From Paraphysomonas bandaiensis (Eukaryota > Protista > Chrysophyceae), in contig CBFFRP010000238.1 in assembly GCA_965644295.1 (NCBI GenBank), positions 1 through 64,000 of the forward strand: a stretch of DNA of 64,000 bases, given 5' to 3'. The first letter of the stretch is position 1; every line of letters starts with the position of its first letter. This document shows positions 35,325 to 48,989 of the stretch, piece by piece. The notes beneath the pieces were generated by a model that saw only the letters and a list, made by a program, of their open reading frames with translations, searched no databases and was not told the origin of the DNA. The position numbers and the translations under genes are program-made.

Positions 35325-38300
35325 TGTCCTGTGTATGAGGAGGAGTCTTTAGACTAGATGTCTGTCTAGTCTTCTTCTCACTCTCTTTATCTAACTAATC
35401 ATAGCTAAGTTAATCGATCTACCTTTTGGGAGCTTAAGGTTGCGAGATACTTGGGAGCTTGTATTTCTGGCTGTGATAAGTTAAATAAGCATTCTGTTTT
35501 CTTGTTTCGACAAACAAGCGCATTTCTTTTCAGTGATCTTAGGCTTCAAAACCTAAGTTTTGCATACTAAATTTACTCATAGTAAAATCACATAAGTGAA
35601 GAATAGTTTTAAGGGAATAGATTTTTATTGATTATGTCTGATTCGGATAGTCCTATTGTTTCTTCTGAAATGGACGAAATCAAGGCAATGTTAAGAGTGA
35701 TCACGAGTGAATTAAGCGAAGTTGCGAAATTGTGTGCGACTACGGCTGGTAGAGTGGACCATCTTGAGTCAAGGGTTGCCATAGGTGAAGGGCAGTTTTT
35801 GGATGAGTTGGCAGCGGTTCAGAAGGAGGTCAATGATAGTATCGGTGTCAGACGAGGAAAGCAGGATGATGAGTCTGATGAACAACCGAGAGAGAAAAAG
35901 AAGGAAAGGCGAACTTCTGTGTTCATTAGGGAAGCGCAAGGCTCGGATGACATAGAGGTTAAGAAGCAGGTCGTTATTAATGTTGAGAAGCCGCCTCATA
36001 GGCATATTTATCTGGATTTGATGGAGCTCAGCGATTTTACCAAGTTTATCATTCAGTGGTTTGAATACGAACAGATCAACGGGATTAAGCTTGAGCCAGC
36101 CCAGATAGTTAGCAGGCGTGTTCGAAACCTGCCTGCTTATGTTCAATAATAACATGACGGATTCGATGTTTGTCAACAAGTTGAGTGCACAAAGTTTCTG
36201 CGAGATGATGGCGAAGGAAACTAAGGTGTTATCTAAGGTTGAGTTCATTGAGACTTTGCGTCACGCGCTGAGATTTCTTAAACCCCTGGATTGGAAGTCA
36301 GTGCGGCCGAATACTCATGAGCTATTTTTTCAAGAGATTTTGAAACGAAAGAACGTCTTTATGCGTACATTCAGTATCATGATGGAGGCTAATAGTCATA
36401 AGTGTCCGCCTGTCGGAGGAAAAGAATTTGGCTCTGCACAAGTTTTCTTAGAATTGGTCGATGAGTCTTACAACAAGCGCATTTTGGCAGAGATTCCGAG
36501 AGTGACTGATACGAACTATGATAACGTTGAGGAGTTTTTGAACAAAAGTACGTTTCTAAGGCGAGTGAGCATTATGAGGCGTCCAAGAATATGAGATTGG
36601 TGCCTTACGAAGGGTCCGATTTTAGTAGAAAGCAAGTGCAGAGGAATTCGAAGAACCGGGACAGCGGTTACGTAGTGAAGGAGAAACCGAAGTTCCTAAA
36701 CAACGTTCAGTTTGCGGATCGAGTAGAGGATGATTTCTATGGTGATTTGGATGCCAGGGAGATTGATTCTATACCTGTTATCGAGGAAGTCGGTGAGTCA
36801 GATGAGGATGATTTCGAGAAACAGGTGGACGGTATGATTAGAGAAGAGTCTGAGTCAGATCGAGAATCCGTGGAGCAGCTTATGAACATCGATAAGGCAG
36901 TGGGAGCAACAGGTGGGTGTATAGCCTTTGCATTATATGGGAATTGTTATAGAGGAAAAGAATGCAAACATGTTCAAGGGCATAATGAGGCAGTCGCACG
37001 AGAAACTCGGAAGTGGATGCAGAAGAAGTTGTCTCAGATGTCGGCGGATGAGTCCACAGGGCCACGTAAGATTTTGCCCAGCAGGCCTGGGGGACCATCC
37101 TGACAATTACAAAAGGCTGATAGTACTCGGAGTTGTGACAAGCAGTTATACGGATTGAATGACTCTGATACTGTTAGCCGAGTTTTCCTCAAGAATTTAA
37201 CAGAGGTTCTTAATGTTCAAAACCGGAGAGAATTGACGTTAGCACATTCTGAGGGAAAAATTGTGTGTGATGATAAATATATAATAATTGTGCGTGGAAT
37301 ACTTTTCGACACTGGAGCTTTGACCTCGAACTTTCTAAGGATTTGTTCGAGTCGTTCAAGTGCCATGTTGATGAAGGAAAAACTAGAGAAAAGAATATGA
37401 CAATTGGGTTTTTGCGGATAAGACGTCAAATACGAAATGCAACTCAATCGTGGAGCTGGAGTTAAGATTCGAGAGACTAGTAGGTTCTTCTGAGGAGTCT
37501 GTAAGTTATGTTGGAGATTTCATAGTAGCTGATATGATGGGAAGTAATGACATCATCGTGGGTCTTCCGGCCATATTGGGTAGCCTGTGGGAGTATTTCT
37601 TGTATTTGCTTAAAGGAAGGACTACAAAAATGCAGTAAATTATATGGATGAGATGCAGACAGAGGAAGAATATTTTGTGAAGAGCACGCTCTCAATATGG
37701 TCCAAGAGTTATTACATCCATGGAGCAATGATAATCAGGAAGTTGCGCCTGAGGAGTTGGAGGTACCTGATCCTGCGCAATTTGGGTTCGCTTCAAGCTT
37801 CCTGCTGGGAAAGTCTTGAGAGGAAGCTATTGTGGATTTCGAGAGTATGTTTGAAGAGCATGTCAGAGCGGAGTTTAGAGAGTCACAGCCGATGCTGGAG
37901 CTATTGAAGACTAAGGGATTGAAAGATTTTGTTCCAGAGAGGTGGGACGGCATTAAGGGAGTTGACCCGCTCGATATCAAGTTCGACGAGAATTTACCTC
38001 CTAGGATCAAGCCGAAAGCAAGGCCAGTTAATCCGAGATTGTATGAAGATGCAGAGAAGGAGTTCAAGAGACTTTGTGGGTATATTTATGTTCCCAGTAT
38101 AGGTCTCCATAGAGGCCTCTTGTCTTGTTTTATAGCCCCGAAGGCGACCAAATCATTCATACGTATCTGCGGGGACTACGTACAGATAAACAAAAATATA
38201 TTCCAAGTCCTCATTACACAGTTCCAAATGTGAGGCATGAGTTAGACAGGATCGTAGGGTACAAGATCTTTATGGACATAGATCTGACCAATGCGTTCCA

Positions 38301-40243
38301 CCAGGTGAAACTGCATGAAAATACTTCGGAGAAACTGTCCGTACAGACACCGTGGGGGCAGTATCAGCCATTGTTTCTACCTGAAGGAGTGTCTCCAAGG
38401 ATCAGTGTTTTGCAGGAAGCCGTTGTTAAGTTGTTCGGTGATCTTGAGTGGGTGTTATGCATTTTTGATAACGTACTTTTCTGCTAGCTCACGACTACGA
38501 AGACGCTTATAAGAAACTCGAGATATTCTTGGATCGGTGTGCTGAGCATGAGGTTGTGTTGAAATTCGCGAAGATCTGGTTGGGATTCCAAGAAGTCAAG
38601 TTTTTCGGCTACATAGTGCGACACAATAGTTTTGAGTTATCTGAAAACAGAAAGGAGGCTATTTTGAATATTCCGTTTACAGAGAATGGGAACAAATGCA
38701 AGAAAGTCCGTACCTTATTGGGTATGGGAGTGTTCTTTGCTCCTTTCGTGCCTAGTTATTCCGATTTGGTTAAACATCTAACGGATATGACGAAGAGTAC
38801 TTTTAACTGGGACGAGTCTACGTGGGGTTCGATTACAGACTGGAGTTCGAAGAGTACAAACGGGGTTTGCAGCGGTCCTGTTCTTTGTTATACCCGGACT
38901 ACAACCTGGAGTGGACGCTACAACGTACTGACGCTAGTGATTATGGAGTGGCTGGTATTCTTTTCCAGACGGTACCGGCAACAGAAACAGTTACAGCTCA
39001 GCAGCAAACTATAGCATTGTGTTCAAAGAAACTCTCAGTACAGGCTCAAAGATGGTGTACTATTGAGAAGTACCGGGAAAGAACAATGTCGTGGCAGATT
39101 GTTTATCGCGATTGCTATATCTATCGGGAATGACGGACGAGGATGACGATGAGGGCTCAGAGGAAGTAAATTTTGTGACACTGCATAACAACTTTGAAAA
39201 AAGACGATTTTGAGGACGAAGTGCAGGAGATCGCGCCACCTACGGAGGAGCAGAGGATAGATTATCATCAGGCTATCAAGGAGGTTCAAAACGCACAAGT
39301 AGGACATTGGGGTGCGAAAGAGAGGTGGAAGCGTCTGTGTAAGCAATTTCCGGGACACGGTGTACCATTCAAGGTGGTTGCAGATTTCGTGGACGAATGC
39401 ATCAACTGTCAGAAGAACCGGAGGGAGCTGAAGCAGCGATTGATTCCTATCACAAGACATTTAAAACCACCTCTTTACAGGAGTGCATTGGGAATTGACG
39501 CGGTTGCTATTACACCAGTTTCGAAATCGGGGTACACACACATTGTGGTTATGGTTAATTTGTTTACAAAATTGGTGTACTTATATGCGGTGAAAGGAAT
39601 GACGGCTATCAATTTGGCTACAGCAGTATGGAAGTGCTGGTGTACATACGGTCTCACGGATATGATTTTATCAGATATGGGTCCGGATCTCAAATCAGAG
39701 CTTTTCGCGGAGCTGGTCAAGTTGTCAGGACTCCGTCATCATGTTTTTAGTATCGCCAACAGGCATGTCAATGGATGTGAGCGTATTATTAAGGAAGTGG
39801 TTCGTCACATCCGTGCTATTTGTTTTGACAAGCGAATTGAGGCTGATGCTGTTTTGGAGGACGAACTGTTACTTGCCACTATCATGTTCATTCTGAATAC
39901 CCACGAGAGTAGTGAGACGGGGTATTCTGCATTCGAACTGACGTTTGGGTCCCAGGATTCTATCTATAAGAATCTTTTGGCTGCCCAGGGAAGAGACAAT
40001 GATCCGTCTCATCAGCTGTTGAAAAGACTGAACGATTACTTAGCTCTTGTTCGTCAGATATCAGCAGACTACCAGAAGTCTCTAGTCGAGAAACGAGCGG
40101 AAGCGGGTTTGGATCCTGCCAAACAGAACCAGTATTGTCCAGGCGATTTTGTTATGTTCGATGCTGGTGCTAAACCACATCCGAAATTATCCTCGAGGAT
40201 GAAGGGCAAATCAATTAAATTTATTGTATTACTCTACTACTAA
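35325..40243 (+). mobile_element. Degenerate Ty3/Gypsy element (probable short 5' LTR at 35325-35512; gag-CCCH-PR-RT-RH-IN; 3' end truncated)
   Basis: LFDTGAL protease; RICGDY, DIDLTNAFHQ, LPEGV, CIFDN (RT); TDASDYG (RNase H); LGIDAV, ILSDMG, NGCER (IN); many frameshifts. Confidence 0.9.
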
Positions 40244-42012
40244 TAAATAGTACTATCAGAGAGTGTGCTTGCATACACATACAAATCGTTTGCTAGAGTT
40301 TGACAATAACCAAAGTACTCAAAATCTTCGGAGTCGACATTCATTATATGACGATATGCGTTGACACAGTGTTTTCTATTATACAACAAAACATAAACGA
40401 ATTATGCTCTCCCGCCTCACCCAAACGCCCATTGCCACCATCCCTGTGTGGTCATACCCTCTGTTTGATTTGCGTGTTGTATTTGTCATAGGCATATATA
40501 ACAGCTTGTAATAGTCATCACGCACAGGAATACATATATGATGTCGAGGCCTTGGTTGTCCGCCTCCTGTACGCATTACTTAATACTGTGTGTTGCTTCC
40601 CATCTTTCCTATGAGCGTGCGCAACTATTTGCTTCTTTCTTTTGTTCTATACCCATTCCTTTTTCCTCACATATATCTACTCCGTGCTGCACCAATCGTG
40701 TCAACGCAGGAATTGCTTCGGATTAATAATCCCTCTACGAATACTCTTAAACTGCAAGGAGACATCTTCAGAGTAGAGCTTGTCAAACGTAAAGTTGGCA
40801 GTGAATGTTTCGGCAAATAGTATGCCAAACGACGAAATCGTAGGATAATTTTTTCTGAACTCTTTTCGGTATTATTCCAGTCCTGAACACAGTGGACGGA
40901 CCTTCTTCTGGACACCAGTAAACACGAATTGTTCGCCATAAATACGAATCCAAATAGCACGCATCTTGTTATATCTTAATTACTCACAGTGAACAGCACA
41001 GAGTTTCCTCTGTTGAAAAAGAGGTGCTCAGGATCTATATCTCGGGCAATTGTTGTGACAAGTGCAGGTGTAACAAACTAAAGAAATATGCTGAGGAGCG
41101 TTAGCCTTCGCAGCTCTAACGTTGGATATTGACTGAGAAAGTCTGAATCTGGCAACTGTCTCAAACCAATCCGCTTCCACTGTTTTTGAACCTTCTTCGA
41201 CTCAGCCCCTATTTTTTGGCTTGTTGTGCAGCCTTCTCTATGCGCTCTTTAGTACTGGATTGCTCTCCTTTGGAGACATCTTTAAGTATAAGAATGAGTC
41301 GAATATAATGAAGTTACCTGCACATCATTTTGCCCTGTGATTGGGTCACTGGGAGTGTTGTCTGCTGCTGTCATATGAATTCACATGTTAGCTTGCGGTG
41401 AAGCACAAGCAGCTTTCGTAGCGATCAATAAAGGGATATCAGAGTTAAAAGTACTACATAGTTGGTTAAATTATTTTGCTGTATTAGTTCTACAAAAATC
41501 CTGAAGCCAGAAGATGTCAGGTATATCAACATTCTGTTTGCTCACACGATGTTTGCTTTGAGTGATGGGGTGAAAGTGGTTGCACCTTGGTGCTTGCGGT
41601 GAAGCACAAGCAGCTTTCGTAGCGATCAATAAAGGGATATCAGAGTTAAAAGTACTACATAGTTGGTTAAATTATTTTGCTGTATTAGTTCTGACTCTTG
41701 CACGCATATTGCTAATAATCAGACATTCACTACTGTATACTGTATATTCTTACAATTTCCGGATCATGTATCATACAAGGTGTTGATCTAGTCGTCTTGA
41801 GCCAAGTTATACAATACGGTGGAGTATGTACTTGGGATCTTACTAACATCACATTTAAGAGTACTGTCATGAAAAATTGTTGGCCTGTATATTAGAAGAA
41901 ACCCAAACACTCCTATTTTCCCTCTAATAATTAAGAATTTCTAATGCTCGCAATGATGGCACGGTATGACATAACAACATGAAATTGCATGCAAAGCAAA
42001 CTACCACGATGT

Positions 42013-43953
42013 TTATTCAATTGTGTACTCATCCGATGACATCATCTTGGTGATTCCGTATTGTATTGGTGATGCACCATCAATGGTTGTCACAGAAGCG
42101 ACATCGATCTCACAGAAAAGCTGAGGAGAGGAAAAATTAACATTTATGGGGAAAAATGCACCGGCGTTATTTTGTTTCACCGTAAACTCAAAGGTTCCGG
42201 ATGAGTTGCTTGCATCAACGAGAGGAAGTTGCCACACGACCTCGTGGTTGGAGGTGCTGTGCTTATAGCTTCCATCGATGGTCACGACATTAATTGGGTC
42301 CGCGGTGCCAAGAGGGATGTGGATGTCTACGTCATGCAGAGTAAGACTAGGTACATCCATGGAGTATTCAATAGAGACGATCATATGGCCACGGGACTCC
42401 TCCTCTGGCCAGCAGTTGATTTTGAGTGGGATCATATCAGAATCGCTGTTGGTAGAGTAAGCCCACTTGAGAATACCAACAGGTCGCGCAGAAGGAAATC
42501 CTTTGTTCGTATCTTTCAGTTGCAGTAATCCGGACTTATCATACGCCCCCTTATTGATCTTCGGGTGTGTATTGAACGTGAACTGATCAACATTCGATCC
42601 GGATCTCATCTGGACACTGCAGAGTCCAGCCTCATCAGTGGATGCGGTCAAGCTAAGAGACCCTTTAATCTCGAAAGCCTCCACAACTCCATCCCTTGTG
42701 ATACGTGCGTGAATCTTTTCTACTACAGCCAACATTACGGGTTGCTGAACTACAGAATGCTGTGGCTCTGATGAGGCGTGTGCAACTGTTGCCCGCGATG
42801 GCACGACCGGAGCGAGTTTATCCTCGTTCATGAGTGCATCCTCCAGTGACTTGTTCTTGGTACTCTTCGAGGAAAGAGACATACCCTTCACTGCAGCGGG
42901 TTTACGACTCTCATATGCCGGAATTGCTGTCACTCTTTCTGGCTCTAAGTAGAAATACAGAGTAAGTACTATAACACAAGAGCACAACGACATGTATATC
43001 GTATAAATGAAGCTTCCTCAGCACAGGAGCACTGAGAACAAACGACACGTACCGCGATATGAAGGCGTCTGCAAGCGAGACATATCGGAGTTCATCGGCT
43101 CTCCTCCACCAATGCCCTGCATGGAAATGCCTTGCTTAGCCATGTCCCGCTGCCGTTCCCTAATGACTTTCGCCGCATCCTTTGCTTGATCTCGTGCAGA
43201 CTCCATCTTGCTCATTTGAATCATCTTATGTAGTTTCTCCTCGTGACTCTCCATTTCCAGGTTGGTACGAATTTGCTGAAGATTAATAGGCTCACGATAC
43301 CCACCCGCTGTGATCACCTACACCACTGTCAAGGTGGTCGCACTGCTTTACAGAAACGTACCTCGTCAAAAGCAAATATAAGTTCGAAGCATTTGTCAGT
43401 AACTTTCTCCTCTGTTAGATTGTTGGCAGTTCCCGCAACATCAGGGACAACTATTACGAGTACATTTCACTCCACATGGTATATGATTGACTTATTACCC
43501 ACCTTTGGACAGCAAGCGCAATGTATCCAAGTCTTGAATTATATTACTCGCTTTATTTGTAATGAGCAAAAGATAAAGATTTTCCATTGGTTGATAAACG
43601 TATCTTGAAAGATTTCATTACTATCAATGATCATACAATCAATAAGTCTCTATATACCTGACGCTCTCTGTTTCAACAAAAGTATGTTGTTTAGAATCAG
43701 ATCCTAATAGTTTTGGAAATGCTGCCAATAAACCCTAATAGAAAGACGGTTACAATGAATTTAATTCATATATATTCTCACCTCAATTCTAATTCTTGTC
43801 ATTTCAACAAATTGACGGGACATTAATGCTGTATTATATTGTTATATGAGTTGTATGTATGTATGTATGTGTATGTATTGTAGAGGTGTGACTTGTGTTA
43901 GTTAACATACCTTTGCCTGTCTTTGTACATATTGCTGCACTGAGAACAACCAT
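42013..43953 (-). CDS. ARCN1: Coatomer subunit delta (multi-exon)
   Basis: First exon [14 protein letters not shown]; [15 protein letters not shown]; C-terminal mu-homology domain FNTHPKINK...PVGILKW...PLKINCWP...SSGTFEF...FFPINVNF. Confidence 0.93.
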
Positions 43954-44055
43954 GGTGTATATTAGCACTGCAAATAGAAGCAGTTATGCCAAGATGTGTA
44001 TGCAGTAAGTTTGGTATATAAATTAAAGGAGTTTACTTGCAATACCCACTACAGC

Positions 44056-44343
44056 ATGTATGTATGTATGTATGTATGTATGTATGTATGTATGTATGTA
44101 TGTATGTATGTATGTATGTATGTATGTATGTATGTATGTATGTATGTATGTATGTATGTATGTATGTATGTATGTATGTATGTATGTATGTATGTATGTA
44201 TGTATGTATGTATGTATGTATGTATGTATGTATGTATGTATGTATGTATGTATGTATGTATGTATGTATGTATGTATGTATGTATGTATGTATGTATGTA
44301 TGTATGTATGTATGTATGTATGTATGTATGTATGTATGTATGT
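44056..44343. repeat. (ATGT)n microsatellite, ~72 units
   Basis: Pure tetranucleotide run. Confidence 0.98.
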
Positions 44344-44469
44344 TGACAGGGGAACCGCGTTCTATCGCGAGTGTCTGTACTGTACTATTGTCTCAAAGAG
44401 TATCTTTACTGGAGATCTACTCACAACTATGTTAACTATATAACACAATATTACAATTAATAAAACACA

Positions 44470-47400
44470 ATGGAATCTAATCAAAAGAATAAACATCATA
44501 ATATAAAGATATCATCAAATATATTCAGTAATTTTATTCATTTAGATTGTCAATTATACTTAAAACAATCATATCACAGAAACTCATCACTCATACAATT
44601 AAATAGAAGTAAAAGATATAAAGAAAAACAACATTTATGGGAAATTTCAATTATTCATTATATAGAAAATTATTGTAATCAATACTCTGATGTGACTGTG
44701 TTTCTTAATTGCTCAAATACATGTACTCTCACTGCTATTAGAGATCATATATATAATACACAACTATTAGAGGTATATATCTACCAACCAACTTTTAAAG
44801 TACCTTCTGAGCATTTACCAGAGTCTTTGCGAAATATATCTGCAGATATATCCGAAATAATTCCTGATTTTATTATATTGCACCGCCAAAGTACCTCGCA
44901 GTCTTGGATGCTCACTGTAATTGATTGTGAATCATCTGTTCAATTGAAGAAGTCTAACCAAGTTCAGGTTATTTTATAATTTACCATCACTGCTACACGA
45001 TGACTTAGTCTTGTGTTTGATTAGGTTGGCTTTAATGTGTATTTTCTCGAAATCGTGTTGAGAGAATTCATATCGAATGATACAATTGTCATGGATAATC
45101 GAGGGGCCGTGTGGTTATGGCAAGAAAACTTGTCGATTGAGGAATCTTTGCAGTATTTTATGCTACAACCGTGGCTTGACTTGATGGACGACTACTTGCG
45201 CCAGCTTATTCCGCATATATACGAAATGCCCGTTGAAATGGTTCCGTGGCAGCTGAGCACGAGGTGTGCGCAGTGCCCCTATGAAGAAGAATGTGTACGG
45301 CGAGGCCATGACGATGTACGGGCACTACCACATATATCGCCCGTGAACTCGCGATTTCTTCAGAAGATTACCATCGAATACTCTTCCTCCCCCTTAACCT
45401 CCTCTTCTACTACTTCTGCATCACCAGCGGCAGGGCCTGTGCAGTTCAACAATTCACATCTCTCTCTCGCTGCACTGACGAGTGCCTTACACTCTCCTCG
45501 CCTTCCTGGGCGGATGCTAGGCCGCGCACAGGAGATACTTGAGGCCAGTACTCATGCCGGCTGTCCGCATGGTGTTCTGGATGCTTTCCATCCTAATCCC
45601 TCTCCTCGCATTGAGGCAAAGTCAACGGCTTCCGCTGCCTCTACGACGGACAAAGATATGAACCCTGCAGCGGAAATGACGCCTCTGGTAAAGGGCCGGC
45701 CCTATGGATTGTGGCCACGTGACGAAGCGGATGTATCAATTGCAGTGGAGCTTGCTATGGACCCTGCGTATGAGCTCCCATTCAGTTGGTGTGTGGCGAT
45801 GCGGTCCATCGATATCGCTAAAATAAGTCATATGTATGATACGCTAGAAAAAAAGTGGGAGAGAAGAGGAAAGTTTGCAATTTTTAAGACAGACACAATT
45901 CCGTATTCACCAGCGACTGTAGCTAACGATGTTTCCGATTTGCGAGTTCGTGAAGAAGGTTGCTACATATCACTTCTCCTAGCCTTAATAAGTTTACTAG
46001 GAGTGGTACAAACTACTCAGTGGACGATTCAGTTCTATGTCTCTGATACCAGTACAAAGTTCAACCTCTCTCGTATGATTATACGCACTCTCTGTTATGG
46101 GTTCACCTATCATCCTGTGACTACTGTGAATTCTGGACACCTCTACGTGCTTGCAGTCACAATCCTTGATAAGTACGACCAGTGGATGTTACCTTCTCCG
46201 CTTCCGTCTCTCCACACCGATCTTCTGGTCGCCTTCGATAAACTGTCAATACAGCAGAAATCATCGGTCAATATGGATCATATTAGTATGTGTTGTGCAG
46301 TACCTCGTCTTTGTAATGTGACGGCGGCTTGTCGAGCCCTACTTCATTGGCCTGTACTGGGTTATTTAACGCTGCAGCGCATTTGCAATCTAATTCACTT
46401 AAATGGTGACGATGCACAGGGATTGAATGTCACAACTTCAGATCTTGAGGTGGCTTGGCTGAAAAATGATATAAATTTGCCTGAATTTATAATGAAAAAG
46501 ACGTTTTCTTTGTTTGCGGTGTGCCGTTTTCTGCGTGATAAAGTTGCCTGTACCCCACTGCTTTATAACACCGCGCAGAGCCTTCCTCAATGTATGGACA
46601 AAGCGCCACAGGTGCAGAATCCACTACTGAGACGACTACTCTTCATGAAGGAGCTGGACATCCTGATACGTTGCAATAAGCGCAGAGAGAAGAGAATGGA
46701 AGATATATTCAACCCCTCTGGATCTATCACACTACAATACTTGTCTCGATACGAAAATAATCATGACAAAGCTCCTCGCGGTATAGTAGGTCTCTATGAA
46801 TTTGCGCAGATATCGGGACCACCCCTTTGTGCAGACACTGCTGCAGAGAGATCTATGGGCATGAGAAAGTGGTGCTTTACCATTGCCAAAGATCATGTCA
46901 TTTCTTTTCTGGATATGAAATATCTGGGAGAGATGAGGTAAGCATGACAATAATAAGAGCGTTTCGTGAATTTGACAATTTACTTTTCTACATTTTTATT
47001 TAGTGACTACAGCGGAGAGCTCCCGTTGCTCTTTGTTTCGATACACAAAGTGCTGCCGGCGACTGTGCATGCTCCGCGAGGACGAGTGGTGCTCGCGGTG
47101 CCCTTTCGAAAGACAGATGGAAAATGGAAAGTGCCTTTAACGGGCGGACTGCAGTACACGCTGTATGAAAGAGAGATTGACATCAACTCACGCAAAACAG
47201 TGGAGGCAATAATAGCAGTAGACCAGGGAGTGGCGGCAAGGACTTATGCAGATTTGTTGGAGAATCCTTTGCAATGGTGTGCTCCACTGAAGCCACAGCA
47301 CGGCGAGGTTACCTTTTGTGGAATACCGATATCGCAACTCATTAGGAGTAAGAAAGAACTAAATTCCTTTTATAATGAGATGTATCGATTGGATGATAAA

Positions 47401-48989
47401 TGGGGCCCGTTGAGACCTCTTGTGGGTGCGCAAGATAGCGCTTATGAGAATGTGCTTCGCGAACGTATGACACTTCTATGGGGCCCTCCAGGTGTGCAAA
47501 TAGAACAATATCAGTTTTGAATAATATTGTGTACTCATGGAGCATTTTATCAATAATAGGTACAGGGAAAACTCACTTTGCGGCGAAGACAATGCTCAAT
47601 TTATTTGAATCAGTTTCACGAAACAATGGAAATAACAATTTGCCACTGAGAATATTAGTGACAGCGTTTACACACACAGCTATCGACGAAATTTTGAAGA
47701 AATTTACTGTCCTATTCCGCCTTGCAAATGACCCTAATCGCGGAGATAGTGGCGGCTGGGCAAGGTTGTGCTATGTGGCTAAACTTCAAAGCTTGGGGCG
47801 GGGAGGAGAAGCCGTACGTATTGAAGGTGTCGATTATACGGAGAGTGTAATCACTAAGATAAGAAGGGCGTCATTTTCTGTGATAGGCGGTACGACTTGG
47901 GCCCTCTATAAAAAGTACACAAATCATTTGAAGGAATTATTTGACCTCGTGATCATCGATGAAGCTTCTCAGATGCCGGTCATGGACAGTGTGATGGCGC
48001 TCTCATGTCTGCGCACCTCTCCTCCAGGAAGGCTGCTGGTTGTGGGAGACACGTTGCAGTTACCGCCGATATTTGCCTATAAGTTTCCCTTCCCTCCGAA
48101 CAACTTACCCCCACTCAATGCTTCTGTACTGGAATGTTTGATGAGAAACGACCAAAATCGTCGAGTAAACCTAAGCAATGTTGTGAGCGGTCAGGTGCCC
48201 CCTCCGCCTTTGATGATTAAACTCAACAATAATTTCCGCATGAATGGTCGCCTCAGTCAGTTCACGAGCCAGCTATATGGCCCAGGATATATGCCTTCCG
48301 ACCTATCTCGTAATGCCAATGGGAAATGGGTCGTCTCTAAAGACATGGTTTGTTCGATACGTGATACGCTTGGCAGTGGAGTGTTAGATGGCAATGCCTT
48401 GAAAGAACTCATTAGCATTCGCCTCGTACCCCACAGGTTCCAGAAGTCATCCTCGTCTTCTGAGAAGTCGTTGCTAAGTGAAGAAGAACTGCTGCTATTG
48501 TCAGATCATGATCAGCTGCAAGAAGAGGCCAATATTGTGGCGAAGCTTTTTGTACAACTTGCCCAAAGCCATAGTAGAATGAGTGAAGATGAAGCATCTA
48601 AAAATATATTTTGCTGTACACCTCATCGCAGACAACGGAGTGCTATTGTCACTACCTTAAGTGGTCTTGGGAAGGGACACTGGAGTAGCGTGGCCGACAC
48701 TGTTGAGCGCGTGCAGGGCCAAGAGCGGGATATTGTGATTATTTGCATGGGGTGTTTCTTTGAGCAGCATAATGTGTCTCGGGAAGCGGCGTTTCTATAT
48801 TCCAAAGAGCGTTTGAATGTTGCAATTAGCAGAGCCAAAAAGACTTGCATTTTGGTGTACACTGACGCCGTAACCGCACAAAATCTGGATGTCATCGGCT
48901 CACCTGACACAAATACAGCATATTGCCACTTACTCTCATTTATCAGAGAGTCATATAAAGTAGATTTTCCTGTCATGTTTTCCGTCTAA
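44470..48989 (+). CDS. PD-(D/E)xK (Cas4/RecB-like) nuclease plus SF1B (DNA2/UPF1-like) helicase fusion; introns ~44968-45024, 46938-47003, 47492-47559
   Basis: IIPDFI...VIDCES...NQVQV; Fe-S-like Cys pattern (LDC...CAQCPYEEEC); Walker A WGPPG|TGKT split by an intron; TAFTHTAID, IIDEASQ, VGDTLQLPP, NFRM, TPHRRQ, TVERVQGQERD, RLNVAISRAK. Confidence 0.85.

Noticed and set aside
40250-41380. Short ORFs after the second Gypsy
   Set aside because: No recognisable motifs and frequent stops.
43996-44443. ORFs of (MYVC)n
   Set aside because: These are translations of the ATGT microsatellite.
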